IMG/VR virus record: IMGVR_UViG_3300042890_001480
Location: 1 to 58,796 of that record
From: a virus
Lineage: Duplodnaviria > Caudoviricetes
Reading direction: 5' to 3' (one strand)
Length of the DNA: 58,796 nucleotides
Shown: positions 26,733 through 36,465 of the stretch, one piece after another
Layout of the letters: each line of letters opens with the position of its first letter
How positions within the stretch are numbered: the stretch's first letter is position 1
Program-made: the position numbers and the translations under genes
Notes under the pieces: generated by a model
Databases searched by the model: none
What the model was told of the DNA's origin: nothing
Seen by the model: only the letters and a program-made list of their open reading frames with translations

Positions 26733-28400
26733 ATGTCCAGTAAAATTCTACTAAGAAGAGGTACGGCGGCTGAATGGTCTTCAGCTAACCCAATCTTGGG
26801 AACTGGCGAACTTGGAATAGAAACAGATACACTTAAAATAAAAATTGGTAATGGATCTAGCACATGGTCACAATTATCTAGTTACGCAAACGTAACACCA
26901 GCACAATTAACTTCTCAAATAAATAGCCTTATAAGCGCAGCCCCTTCAACCCTTGATACATTAAATGAGTTAGCGGCGGCAATAAATAATGATGCTTCTT
27001 TTTCAACTACAGTAAATAATCTTTTAACAGGTAAAGTATCTAAATCAGGTGGAGATACAATTACATCTAGTACGGCATCCACGGTTGGCTTAATTATCAA
27101 AGGCGCAACCTCTCAAACTGCCAACCTTCAAGAGTGGCAGGACTCTGCTGGAACTGCGCTTCTACGAGTAAATAGTGCTGGACAAATACAAGCACCATTA
27201 GATACATCAGTTGGTTTAGTAGTAAGGGCAGCAACTGGAAACGCAACTGCAACAATTACTAGCGCATCTGGTTCTGGAACAACAGTTACTTACACCGCTA
27301 CAAATACTTTTACTGCTGGTCAGGCTGTAACAATTACTGGTGTAAACCCATCGGCTTACAATTTATCTTTTGTTACAATTGCAACTGCTAATGCAACAAC
27401 TTTTACAGTTACTAATGCCGCAACTGGAACTTATGTTTCAGGTGGAACTGCAACTATTCAACAATCTGGAAACTTGCAACAATGGCAGACTGCTGCGGGA
27501 ACCATTCATACACGTATAACTGGACTTGGTACATTACAGACTAATAACAACGGCTCATTTGATATGGCAGTTTTTGCTGGTAGTGCTGGAGCTACTCAAA
27601 TTCTTGCTGGTGGATCAATTCGCCAAAACTCAAATTTAAATAACAGTTTTGGTGGTGGAACTGCCACTGGCGTAATTATCAATCTTGGAACATTTGCTAC
27701 AACAAATGTTGGTCTTAGAATAAATGGTGTTGCCTCTCAAACCGCCAACCTTACAGAATGGCAGAATAGTGCTGGTACGGTGCTTGCAAAAGTTGATTCT
27801 ACTGGTGTCATGTCGGTTGCAGATTTAATAGTTAATAATCAAACTACATCTGCTACTTTAGCAGTAAAAGGTTCTTCAACTTCAGGAAAGTTTGTAGGAT
27901 TATTTGCTGAAAATGGAATTACTCCTCAAAACTCTACAATCGGGCCTACCATTGCAAACAGAATGGTAAGCGTTCAAGGCAACGGCGCTGCATTTTTTAT
28001 GGGCCGAGATGTTACAAATAGTATTGAATTTATCATGGGTACATCTAGTGTAGGTGCTGTTTTTGCTGGTGCTATGACAGCGCACGACTTGCATTTAAGA
28101 ACACAAAATACAACTAGGGCTTGGGTAAAAAGCGCTGGAAAATTTGCAATAGGGGCTGACATTTCAACAGGTCAATTAAATGTAACGCCTGCAAGTTCGG
28201 CAACAATTGGTTTAGTTGTCCAAGGCATAGCATCTCAAACTGGCAACCTTCAAGAGTGGCAGAATAACAGCGGAACCGTATTAGCTAAAATTACTGCATC
28301 TGGAGCATTAGATGCAACAGCAATTACTGTAAATGGCGCAGCAATATCAACAGGATCAGCAAGTGGTTTATCAGATGCATTCATGTTAATGGGCGCATAA
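26733..28400 (+). CDS. tail fibre with Mtd_N-type N-terminal domain
   Basis: LRRGTAAEWSSANPILGTGELGIETDT..IKIGNG; APSTLDTLNELAAAI fibre motif; four QEWQ repeats. Confidence 0.85.
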   Translation: MSSKILLRRGTAAEWSSANPILGTGELGIETDTLKIKIGNGSSTWSQLSSYANVTPAQLTSQINSLISAAPSTLDTLNELAAAINNDASFSTTVNNLLTGKVSKSGGDTITSSTASTVGLIIKGATSQTANLQEWQDSAGTALLRVNSAGQIQAPLDTSVGLVVRAATGNATATITSASGSGTTVTYTATNTFTAGQAVTITGVNPSAYNLSFVTIATANATTFTVTNAATGTYVSGGTATIQQSGNLQQWQTAAGTIHTRITGLGTLQTNNNGSFDMAVFAGSAGATQILAGGSIRQNSNLNNSFGGGTATGVIINLGTFATTNVGLRINGVASQTANLTEWQNSAGTVLAKVDSTGVMSVADLIVNNQTTSATLAVKGSSTSGKFVGLFAENGITPQNSTIGPTIANRMVSVQGNGAAFFMGRDVTNSIEFIMGTSSVGAVFAGAMTAHDLHLRTQNTTRAWVKSAGKFAIGADISTGQLNVTPASSATIGLVVQGIASQTGNLQEWQNNSGTVLAKITASGALDATAITVNGAAISTGSASGLSDAFMLMGA

Positions 28401-28424
28401 TTTAAAAAATAAAGGAGGAATAAA

Positions 28425-28766
28425 ATGGCAACAACTTATAAGGTACTAGGACAAGTAAATCCAGCGGCAACAACTGCAGCTACTCTATATACAGTTCCTA
28501 CAGTTACAACACAGACAGTAGTTTCAACTATTGTAATAGCTAACTTATCTGCAGCAGCTGCAACTTTTAGAATTGCGATACGACCAGCGGGAGCAACATT
28601 AGCAAATCAACACTATATAGCTTATGATGTTACAGTAGGAGCATCAGATTCAACTACACTTACGTTAGGACTTACACTTAACTATGCGGCAGCAGGAGAT
28701 GTAATAACAGTATATGCTTCTTCAGCTAATTTAGCATTTAGTGCTTTTGGAAGCGAAATATCATAA
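28425..28766 (+). CDS. small beta-rich virion protein
   Basis: SD AAGGAGG; LYTVP, ends FSAFGSEIS. Confidence 0.75.
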   Translation: MATTYKVLGQVNPAATTAATLYTVPTVTTQTVVSTIVIANLSAAAATFRIAIRPAGATLANQHYIAYDVTVGASDSTTLTLGLTLNYAAAGDVITVYASSANLAFSAFGSEIS

Positions 28767-28769
28767 AAA

Positions 28770-29858
28770 ATGGCAATATCCAGCGTAAAGATTTCATCTA
28801 TAGTTAATGGTTTCCCTAAAGATAGATCTTTGCTTGCTGGAAATTTAACATCAGCAACACCATCTGGGTACGTAGCTGTAGCTTTAAGTAAAAGCCCATA
28901 TGTATATGTTTATAGATGGTACAATGCATTTGGCAGAAGATATTCTGATCCCGCTTCCCTTCCTTCTGGTAGCTCTGGCAGAGCAGTAAGATGGTCAAGA
29001 TCTGGAAATGATCTAGCCGTTACTAATTCTAATATAGTTACAATTTATTCTTGGAATAATTTAAATGGATTTGGAGCAAAGCATACTTCGTTTTCTGTAC
29101 CATCACTTGTTGATGTAGAGTTCAATCCTGGAGATACTGTATTAGCTGTTTCAGGAACTGTTACTCCTTATATATATGCCTACCCATTTACTTCTGGTGT
29201 AGGGGTAGGAACAAAATATGCTGATCCGTCAACTTTATCTAATATTGGACTAGGAATACACTGGTCTCCATCAGGTAATGCAATTGCAATAGGTCATAAT
29301 TTTCAATCCCCATTTATTTCCGTCTATTCATGGTCAAACGGTTTTGGGACAAAATATGCCAATCCAGCAACACTGCCAGTTAACAGTGTCTTTGACGCCG
29401 CCTGGTCCCCATCAGGAAATGATATTGCAGTTCCTTATACTGGTTCACCATTTATTTCCGTCTATCCATGGTCAAACGGTTTTGGGACAAAGTATGCCAA
29501 TCCAGCCATATTGCCGAGTGGAAGTGCTCATGCTGCAGCCTGGTCACCATCGGGAAATCAAATAGTAGTGACCCATAACGTTTCCCCGTTTATTTCAGCA
29601 TACGATTTTACATCTGGTACAGGTTTTGGAACTAAGTATGCAGATCCAATAACTTTAATTACAGGTGGAGCAATAGGTTTTGTAGGCGCTACTGTAAAGT
29701 GGCACTCTTCAGGAAATGCAATATTATTTGGTTGCGGCAATCCATCACGTATTGGCGCATACGCTTGGTCTGACGGATTCCAAAGAAAATATGATGATCC
29801 GATAGATGCAATTATAAACAATACACAAGGTGTTTCATCTAGTGTAGATCTAAAATAA
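28770..29858 (+). CDS. beta-propeller (WD40/YVTN-like) protein
   Basis: About 7 blades of WSPSGN.IA......P.IS.Y.W..GFGTKYA.P. Confidence 0.85.
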   Translation: MAISSVKISSIVNGFPKDRSLLAGNLTSATPSGYVAVALSKSPYVYVYRWYNAFGRRYSDPASLPSGSSGRAVRWSRSGNDLAVTNSNIVTIYSWNNLNGFGAKHTSFSVPSLVDVEFNPGDTVLAVSGTVTPYIYAYPFTSGVGVGTKYADPSTLSNIGLGIHWSPSGNAIAIGHNFQSPFISVYSWSNGFGTKYANPATLPVNSVFDAAWSPSGNDIAVPYTGSPFISVYPWSNGFGTKYANPAILPSGSAHAAAWSPSGNQIVVTHNVSPFISAYDFTSGTGFGTKYADPITLITGGAIGFVGATVKWHSSGNAILFGCGNPSRIGAYAWSDGFQRKYDDPIDAIINNTQGVSSSVDLK

Positions 29859-29872
29859 AAAAGGAGAAAAAA

Positions 29873-30181
29873 ATGGAAAATAATCAAATGCAAGAAAATC
29901 AATTAACACCAATACAAGCTCGTCAAGCAGAAGTTAATGCTTACGCTGCAAATATTGTTAACTATGAAAGTATCTTGTCATCAATTAATGGTGACTGGGA
30001 TGCCGACCTACTTCAATTTAAAGGTCTAGATATGCAAGAAGCAGCTCGTCAATGCTCAATGGATCGTCTAGAGCGTCTTGGAGAGCTACAGTTACACGAT
30101 CAAGTAACAAATTTGCTAAAAACAGAAATTGTTGAACGCTTTAAAGCACAAACAATTTTAAATTCTTTATTAAATTCTTAA
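29873..30181 (+). CDS. hypothetical helical protein
   Basis: SD AAGGAG; lies between the propeller paralogues. Confidence 0.75.
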   Translation: MENNQMQENQLTPIQARQAEVNAYAANIVNYESILSSINGDWDADLLQFKGLDMQEAARQCSMDRLERLGELQLHDQVTNLLKTEIVERFKAQTILNSLLNS

Positions 30182-30214
30182 CATTTAATATAAATAAAAA
30201 AAGGAAAAAATAAA

Positions 30215-31279
30215 ATGGCAGTAATTAAAATTGGTAATTCTGGAATTAAAAAAATGAATAAAGGTATCTCTTTATTGGTAGGCAATATAGCATATACTCC
30301 TAATTTTATTGCCGTAGGTGTTGGTTCTAACAATGTTTTTATTTTTCCTTTTTATGAAGGTTCCTACATAGAAAAAGTTTTTCCTAATACAACCTCAAAT
30401 ATGTCGTTTGGCTATGATGTTTCCTGGTCGCCATCAGGAAATAATTTTATTCAAGGAGGACTTTCAACACCGTATGTATCTGTGTGGCCATGGAATGATA
30501 GTGCAGGTTTTGGAACAAAATATGCTAATCCAGCAACACTGCCACCTAGCACTACATACTCTGCAAGATTTTCTCCGTCAGGAAATGATGTTGCAATGGG
30601 ACATAGCAGTAGCCCTGAAATTTCAGCATATAGTTGGTCAAACGGTTTTGGGACAAAATATGCTAATCCAGCATCATTACCTACCTATATTACAGTAAAT
30701 TCTGTAAGATTTTCTCCATCAGGAAATGATATTGCACTTGCAAATTATTATATTCCAAACCTATCCGCATACCGATTTACATCTGGTACTGGATTTGGAA
30801 CAAAGTATGCAGATCCTGTTGGATTACCAAGTGGTATAGCAAATGGCGTGGCTTGGTCTCCGTCAGGAAATATTGTTGCTCATGCAACGGATTCTTCTCC
30901 GTACATATCTGCATATCCATTTACATCAGGTACTGGTTTTGGAACAAAATATGCTAATCCAGCAGCACTCCCAACGGGTCTTGGTAAAAGTGTGGCCTGG
31001 TCTCCATCAGGAAATAATATTGCAGTTGCACACACCACATCCCCATTTATTTCTGTCTATCCGTGGTCAAATGGCTTTGGAACAAAATATGCTAATCCAG
31101 CAACGCTTCCAACGGGCGACGGTAAAAGCGTGGCCTGGTCTCCATCAGGAAATACAATTGCAGTAGCACATTTAACATCACCATATTTATCAGTTTATAA
31201 ATGGTCAAATGGTTTTGGCACAAAATACGTAACTCCTGAATTTTCAACAAACAATGTTTTCAGCGTGGCATTCAGGTAA
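30215..31279 (+). CDS. beta-propeller paralogue
   Basis: Same blade repeat with very high internal identity. Confidence 0.85.
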   Translation: MAVIKIGNSGIKKMNKGISLLVGNIAYTPNFIAVGVGSNNVFIFPFYEGSYIEKVFPNTTSNMSFGYDVSWSPSGNNFIQGGLSTPYVSVWPWNDSAGFGTKYANPATLPPSTTYSARFSPSGNDVAMGHSSSPEISAYSWSNGFGTKYANPASLPTYITVNSVRFSPSGNDIALANYYIPNLSAYRFTSGTGFGTKYADPVGLPSGIANGVAWSPSGNIVAHATDSSPYISAYPFTSGTGFGTKYANPAALPTGLGKSVAWSPSGNNIAVAHTTSPFISVYPWSNGFGTKYANPATLPTGDGKSVAWSPSGNTIAVAHLTSPYLSVYKWSNGFGTKYVTPEFSTNNVFSVAFR

Positions 31280-31315
31280 GCTTACCGCATATTAACATTA
31301 AGGTATAATCTAATT

Positions 31316-33076
31316 ATGTCATATAAGCTAAAAGTTATAAAAGATGGCCCAGTAGGGTTTTGGATGTTGGATGAAACATCTGGAACTACCGCTACGGATA
31401 TATCTGGATGTGGCAACAATGGAATATATACTGGTGGATTGACTACAGGACTTATGCCACTAGTTCCTGGCGGAGTTAATGGAACTAATATAACATCTTC
31501 AAAAAGTATTTCTTTCCCTATAACAAAAGATTACTCAGGATCAATTTCTGGTGGAAATATTGCGGACAAATACTCCTTGGACAATGACTTTTCAATAGAG
31601 CTATGGCTATACCCTAAAATAACTACAACCAATCAAACTAGAATATTTGCAGATCCTACAAGCGAGGCAGGATTATACTATATCAAAGGAAGTATTTTAT
31701 TTAAAATAGGCACAGAAACAATATACTATACTCTTCCTAATTTAAAAAAAGCATATCACATAGTAGCGGTATATTCTGTAAATGCGCTAATATTATATTG
31801 TGACGGGGTAATTGTAGGATATAAAAATATAACATCTACAATAACACTATCTAATACATCTACTACATTTCAATCAGGACCTACCGCAAATGCAAATGAC
31901 TCTTTTACAATAGACGCCATTGCTTTATATAGATATTCTTTAAAACAAGAAACTGTATATTCTCACTTTACCTATGGACAACCTATAAATCCAATTCAAT
32001 TAGCTACCCCAGAAAATGGAATTTTATTTTCTTTAAATGATGAAAACGTAAGACGCATATTTGAATACTCATATCCATATAGCAAATCTTTAGAAAACTT
32101 TACAAATGACGATGTAGTATTTAATCAGGAAGATCAATCAATATCAATTATTCCTTCAACTACCGTAACTGCAAAATCTGCAGAGTTTTCTGACTATATA
32201 GTATTTCCTACTAATATTGGAATTACCAATTCTAAAATAGAATGGAGCGGAGAAAACGGAATAACCGTAGAAACCAGTATAGATGGATCAACCTATACAG
32301 CCTGCGTAAATGGACAAAATATTCCTCAGTACGCACAAGAATCTTTTGCGACGGGTGGAAAAATTTATATTAAATTTACTTTAAGTACAGAAGATGCTAG
32401 TAAATATATCCCAAAACTATTATATCTTAATATATCACTTTTTAGATCTATAAATTTAAGAGCAGATAACTCAGGATATGCCCTAACCCCAGTAGATGAG
32501 GAGTACTATTTGGGTCGTAAGAATTATAATATTTTATCAAGAGATTATAGAAATGGACTAAGATGTCAGGCAGATGGCGGATTTAATATTAATACCGATA
32601 TGCTGGTAAAGACTATAGAGTTCTTTTATACCCCCACCGCATATACCGATAGCGGCCTTATATCCTCATTAGCGGACACAACTTATTTTGCCTCTAACTA
32701 TTCATGGAGAAACTCTGGAACGGTCTCTAAAACCAATATAGCAGCGATTTACGTTAATGGGGTGAATAAAACCTCTGAGACGGCGGTGGCAAATGTATTT
32801 ACCTTAAATGAATTACACCACGTACTTATTGTCTATACTGAGCCTATTTCTAATGATATTAAATTTAATTCATCATTATATGGATCAGAAGAGTCTTTAT
32901 ATAAGAATATTATAATCTATCCCACAGCTTTTGATTCTACAAAGGCTTTAAAACACTATAACTTATATATTCAGAATGCAGCAGAGGTAATTTATGCCAA
33001 TACTTCTGACGTCACCTTGACAGAATCCGCTTTGGATGTATATAATAATGACTGGATATTGGTTCAAAGCAGTTAA
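31316..33076 (+). CDS. virion protein with N-terminal LamG-like domain
   Basis: PVGFWMLDETSG, FSIELW, YHIVAVY, LYCDG, IDAIALY. Confidence 0.75.
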   Translation: MSYKLKVIKDGPVGFWMLDETSGTTATDISGCGNNGIYTGGLTTGLMPLVPGGVNGTNITSSKSISFPITKDYSGSISGGNIADKYSLDNDFSIELWLYPKITTTNQTRIFADPTSEAGLYYIKGSILFKIGTETIYYTLPNLKKAYHIVAVYSVNALILYCDGVIVGYKNITSTITLSNTSTTFQSGPTANANDSFTIDAIALYRYSLKQETVYSHFTYGQPINPIQLATPENGILFSLNDENVRRIFEYSYPYSKSLENFTNDDVVFNQEDQSISIIPSTTVTAKSAEFSDYIVFPTNIGITNSKIEWSGENGITVETSIDGSTYTACVNGQNIPQYAQESFATGGKIYIKFTLSTEDASKYIPKLLYLNISLFRSINLRADNSGYALTPVDEEYYLGRKNYNILSRDYRNGLRCQADGGFNINTDMLVKTIEFFYTPTAYTDSGLISSLADTTYFASNYSWRNSGTVSKTNIAAIYVNGVNKTSETAVANVFTLNELHHVLIVYTEPISNDIKFNSSLYGSEESLYKNIIIYPTAFDSTKALKHYNLYIQNAAEVIYANTSDVTLTESALDVYNNDWILVQSS

Positions 33077-33139
33077 ATTTGTCATTTGTCTGGACAAAAT
33101 CTGGACTTTAACCTAAAAGAATGGTAAAATTAATACCTA

Positions 33140-33475
33140 ATGGATATTAAAAGAGTTAAGCAATCGGTAGTAGAAGAAACAACCCTAGGAATTTATGTGT
33201 GGGAAGTTGACGGTAAATGGGTTGGCGATGATGATGGTAATTATCTTTCTGTAACCTCCAAAAAAGGAAATAGAGAAAAGATTGAAATGCTTAGGAAAGC
33301 CGTTGCCCACTATGGCGTAAATATAGGAGAGCCAAAGTTTTTGGCGGGACGTAGAAAAATTGATGACGAAGAATTTGAGTATCAGCAACAAAGGTTGAAA
33401 TGGGGTCTAACTCCAGATCCACTAGATATTGGCGAATACAAGGATCAAGTTAGAGCAGCAAAGGGAGCTAGATAA
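33140..33475 (+). CDS. hypothetical protein upstream of portal
   Basis: 111 aa abutting portal; promoter TGGACT-17-TAAAAT just upstream. Confidence 0.75.
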   Translation: MDIKRVKQSVVEETTLGIYVWEVDGKWVGDDDGNYLSVTSKKGNREKIEMLRKAVAHYGVNIGEPKFLAGRRKIDDEEFEYQQQRLKWGLTPDPLDIGEYKDQVRAAKGAR

Positions 33476-35056
33476 ATGGAATTTATAAACGACGAAGAGT
33501 CATCAGATCAAATTTTTATATCAAACGATTCCGATTGGATTAAATTTAATAAAAAGCCAGTTGTAGAAAATGATCCATTTAAAATTGAAGGCGCAGAATT
33601 AAAAAAAGTTAATGGACTAGGTTCATCATTTAGACGTAAAGTCTCAAGAGATTTACAAAAAAGATTTGTAGGTCAAGACGACACAGGAACACAGCAAAAT
33701 TTATTAGCACAAGCAGTAACTGGCTATGCGATGTTCGATCTTATTGAGCCTCCATATAATTTAGAATATCTTTCTAGGATTTATGAAATATCTCCATACA
33801 ACTATGCAGCAATTAATGCAAAGGTTGCAAACATTGTCGGATTAGGATTTTCTTTTGTAGAAACTCGTAAAGCAAACGAAGCACTTGATAGCATTTCAGA
33901 TGGAAGACAGTTAGAGAGAGCACGTCGTAAATTAAATAAACTTCGTCAGGACCTAGATTCTTGGCTAGAAGAAGTAAATGAAGAAGAAACATTTACAGAA
34001 ACATTAATTAAAGCTTATGTGGATTTAGAAGCAACAGGAAACGGCTACATCGAAATAGGCAGAACAACTGCTGGCAACATTGGATATATTGGTCATATTC
34101 CTGCAAAGACAATGCGGGTACGCAGACTTCGTGACGGCTTTATTCAATTGCTTTATGGCAAGGCAGTATACTTTAGAAACTTTGGAGATCAAGAAACTGA
34201 GAATCCAATTGCAGATGGATCAGATCGTCCAAATGAAATTATTCACCTAAAGAAATATACCCCTATGAATAACTATTACGGAATACCAGACATTATTGCA
34301 GCACAAAATGCAATGGCAGGTAACGAGTTTGCTGGAAAGTATAACTTAGATTACTTTGAAAACAAAGCAGTCCCAAGATATATCATTACAGTTAAGGGTG
34401 CTAAATTAGCTCCAGAGTCAGAACGGAAGTTATTAGAATTTTTCCAAGTAGGACTTAAGGGTAAAAATCACAGATCTCTATACGTACCACTTCCAGCTGA
34501 TAGCGCAGACTCAAAGGTTGAATTTAAAATGGAACCAATCGAGGCAAACTCTCAAGAGTCTTCATTTAATGTATATCGTAAATCAAATAGAGATGAAATA
34601 CTTTTGGCTCATAGAGTTCCAATTAGCAAAATCGGATTACCTGAAGGAGTCAATTTGGCTTCAGCTAGAGACTCAGATAAAATGTTTAAAGAGCAGGTAT
34701 GCCGTCCAGCACAGGATATTTTAGAAAAGAAATTAAATAAAATAGTTGAAGAAAAAACAGATGTGCTATTAATTAAATTTAATGAATTAACCCTGACCGA
34801 TGAAGATACTCAGTCTAAAATAGACGAGAGATATTTAAGAATGCAGGTAATTACCCCTAATGAAGTTAGAATTAGAAAGGGCATGGTCCCAATCGATGGC
34901 GGAGATTCAATTGTTCAATTAAAGCCACAACAGGCTGCTGAGCAAACTGCACAGGCTATGAATTCTCGTCAAAGAACTCAAGATCGGGATGCTAATTCTC
35001 CAGATATTTCTGGGGAGGCTAGAAATCCAAAAGGCGAGGGTAGAGTAACCTCTTAA
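33476..35056 (+). CDS. portal protein
   Basis: D.EATGNGYIE, EIIHLK, YYGIPD, YFENKAVP, ILLAHRVP, ITPNEVR motifs; precedes protease and capsid. Confidence 0.92.
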   Translation: MEFINDEESSDQIFISNDSDWIKFNKKPVVENDPFKIEGAELKKVNGLGSSFRRKVSRDLQKRFVGQDDTGTQQNLLAQAVTGYAMFDLIEPPYNLEYLSRIYEISPYNYAAINAKVANIVGLGFSFVETRKANEALDSISDGRQLERARRKLNKLRQDLDSWLEEVNEEETFTETLIKAYVDLEATGNGYIEIGRTTAGNIGYIGHIPAKTMRVRRLRDGFIQLLYGKAVYFRNFGDQETENPIADGSDRPNEIIHLKKYTPMNNYYGIPDIIAAQNAMAGNEFAGKYNLDYFENKAVPRYIITVKGAKLAPESERKLLEFFQVGLKGKNHRSLYVPLPADSADSKVEFKMEPIEANSQESSFNVYRKSNRDEILLAHRVPISKIGLPEGVNLASARDSDKMFKEQVCRPAQDILEKKLNKIVEEKTDVLLIKFNELTLTDEDTQSKIDERYLRMQVITPNEVRIRKGMVPIDGGDSIVQLKPQQAAEQTAQAMNSRQRTQDRDANSPDISGEARNPKGEGRVTS

Positions 35057-35075
35057 TTATTAGGCAACTAGTTAT

Positions 35076-35104
35076 TTGCCTTTTGACGTATACAAGTATA
35101 AAAT
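35076..35104 (+). promoter_or_regulatory. promoter of protease/capsid operon
   Basis: TTGCCT-17nt-TAAAAT, 7 nt before ATG 35112; the TTG start in the ORF track is the -35 box. Confidence 0.6.
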
Positions 35105-35111
35105 TAAGCAT

Positions 35112-36446
35112 ATGAATATTGAAAAATCTAATTGGTCTTCTAATGGCGATAATATTATTTTATCTGTTCCATTCACAAAAGTTAATCGTGAAAAAAGAAC
35201 AGTTTCTGGATTTGCCACACTAGACAATCTAGATCAAACAGGCGACGTAGTAACAGCAGATGCAAGCCTTAAAGCTTTTGAAAACTTTAGAGGAAATCTC
35301 CGTGAGATGCATCAACCAGTTGCAGTGGGCAAGGTAGTTTCTTTTAAACCAGAAACATTTTATGACCCAGCAACAAAAGAATTTTTTAATGGAGTGTATG
35401 TAGACGCATATATTTCAAAAGGCGCCCAGGATACTTGGGAAAAGGTTTTAGACGGAACCCTTCAAGGTTTCTCAATTGGCGGTAAAATAATTGAGTCAGA
35501 CAATGAAGTAAATAAATCAACAGGTAAGACTGTTAGATTTATTAAAGACTATGACTTGATGGAGTTATCAATTGTAGATTCTCCAGCGAATGAATTATGC
35601 AGCATTGTTTCAATTCAAAAAGTTAATGGACAGCTAGTATTTAAAGGAATGGCCGCAGAAGTTGTAACAGAAAATATTTTTTACTGTACAGAAAGCGACT
35701 CTGTTTTTATTTCAACAGAGAAGACATATGAATCACCAGTAACTGGTAAACCAGCAGAGCTAATCGGTTGGGTAGAAAGTTCAGATGTCAATAAAGGAAA
35801 AGAAATAGATAGAATTCTTGCTTCATTTAAGAAGTCAAGATTACCGTTGCCTGCAATACAAACAATTGCAAAACAGGCAAACGCAGAAGGAGGTAATGAA
35901 GTGTCAGAAAACACAGAAAACGTAGTTGTAGAAGATGCAGCAGCAGAAGTTGCAGCACCAGAAACAGCCGTAGAAACTCCAGCAGTTGCAGAAGATGCAG
36001 CAGTTGAAGAAGCACCTGTAGAGAATACAGTTGCAGACGCTTCTGCCGAAACTCTGGAAAAGGCAGCCGACGTATCAGAAGTTGAGGTTGATGAACCTGA
36101 TTTTGCAAAGATGCTAGGTGACCTAAAAGGCTTTTTCTCAGAAACTTTAACAAAAGCTTCTGAAGCAAATGCTATTCAGGTTTCAACAATTAAAGATACT
36201 GTTGAAACATTTAGCAAGAGCGTTGAAGGCCGAATTTCAGAATTGGCAGAGAAACACACAGCACTAAGTAATGCTGTAACAGAAATACGCAACACCATCA
36301 ATGGTGTAGAAAAGCGTGTCGATGCAGTAGAATCAGAGACTGCAATTAAGAAGTCCTCAGACCTTGGCGGGTCTCAGGAAGTAACAATTAAAAAATCTAA
36401 ATGGAACGGTTCTTTCCTCGGTTCCGTACAGGAAATTTTCAATTAA
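35112..36446 (+). CDS. HK97-type prohead protease fused to scaffold domain
   Basis: REMH, GFSIGG, ELSIVDSPAN; acidic Ala/Glu linker and coiled-coil C-terminus. Confidence 0.9.
   Translation: MNIEKSNWSSNGDNIILSVPFTKVNREKRTVSGFATLDNLDQTGDVVTADASLKAFENFRGNLREMHQPVAVGKVVSFKPETFYDPATKEFFNGVYVDAYISKGAQDTWEKVLDGTLQGFSIGGKIIESDNEVNKSTGKTVRFIKDYDLMELSIVDSPANELCSIVSIQKVNGQLVFKGMAAEVVTENIFYCTESDSVFISTEKTYESPVTGKPAELIGWVESSDVNKGKEIDRILASFKKSRLPLPAIQTIAKQANAEGGNEVSENTENVVVEDAAAEVAAPETAVETPAVAEDAAVEEAPVENTVADASAETLEKAADVSEVEVDEPDFAKMLGDLKGFFSETLTKASEANAIQVSTIKDTVETFSKSVEGRISELAEKHTALSNAVTEIRNTINGVEKRVDAVESETAIKKSSDLGGSQEVTIKKSKWNGSFLGSVQEIFN
35901..36446 (+). CDS. nested in-frame scaffold protein (181 aa)
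   Basis: SD AAGGAGGT (35887-35894) 6 nt before in-frame GTG. Confidence 0.6.
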   Translation: MSENTENVVVEDAAAEVAAPETAVETPAVAEDAAVEEAPVENTVADASAETLEKAADVSEVEVDEPDFAKMLGDLKGFFSETLTKASEANAIQVSTIKDTVETFSKSVEGRISELAEKHTALSNAVTEIRNTINGVEKRVDAVESETAIKKSSDLGGSQEVTIKKSKWNGSFLGSVQEIFN

Positions 36447-36465
36447 AAAAAGGGTAGGTAAAACT

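Noticed and set aside
8849-28400. Diversity-generating retroelement suggested by the Mtd_N domain and repeats
   Set aside because: No reverse transcriptase in the window; differences in the repeat pair examined are mostly synonymous and not adenine-specific
33140-33475. Terminase small subunit
   Set aside because: Position only; no recognisable motif and no large terminase (Walker A/B) in the window
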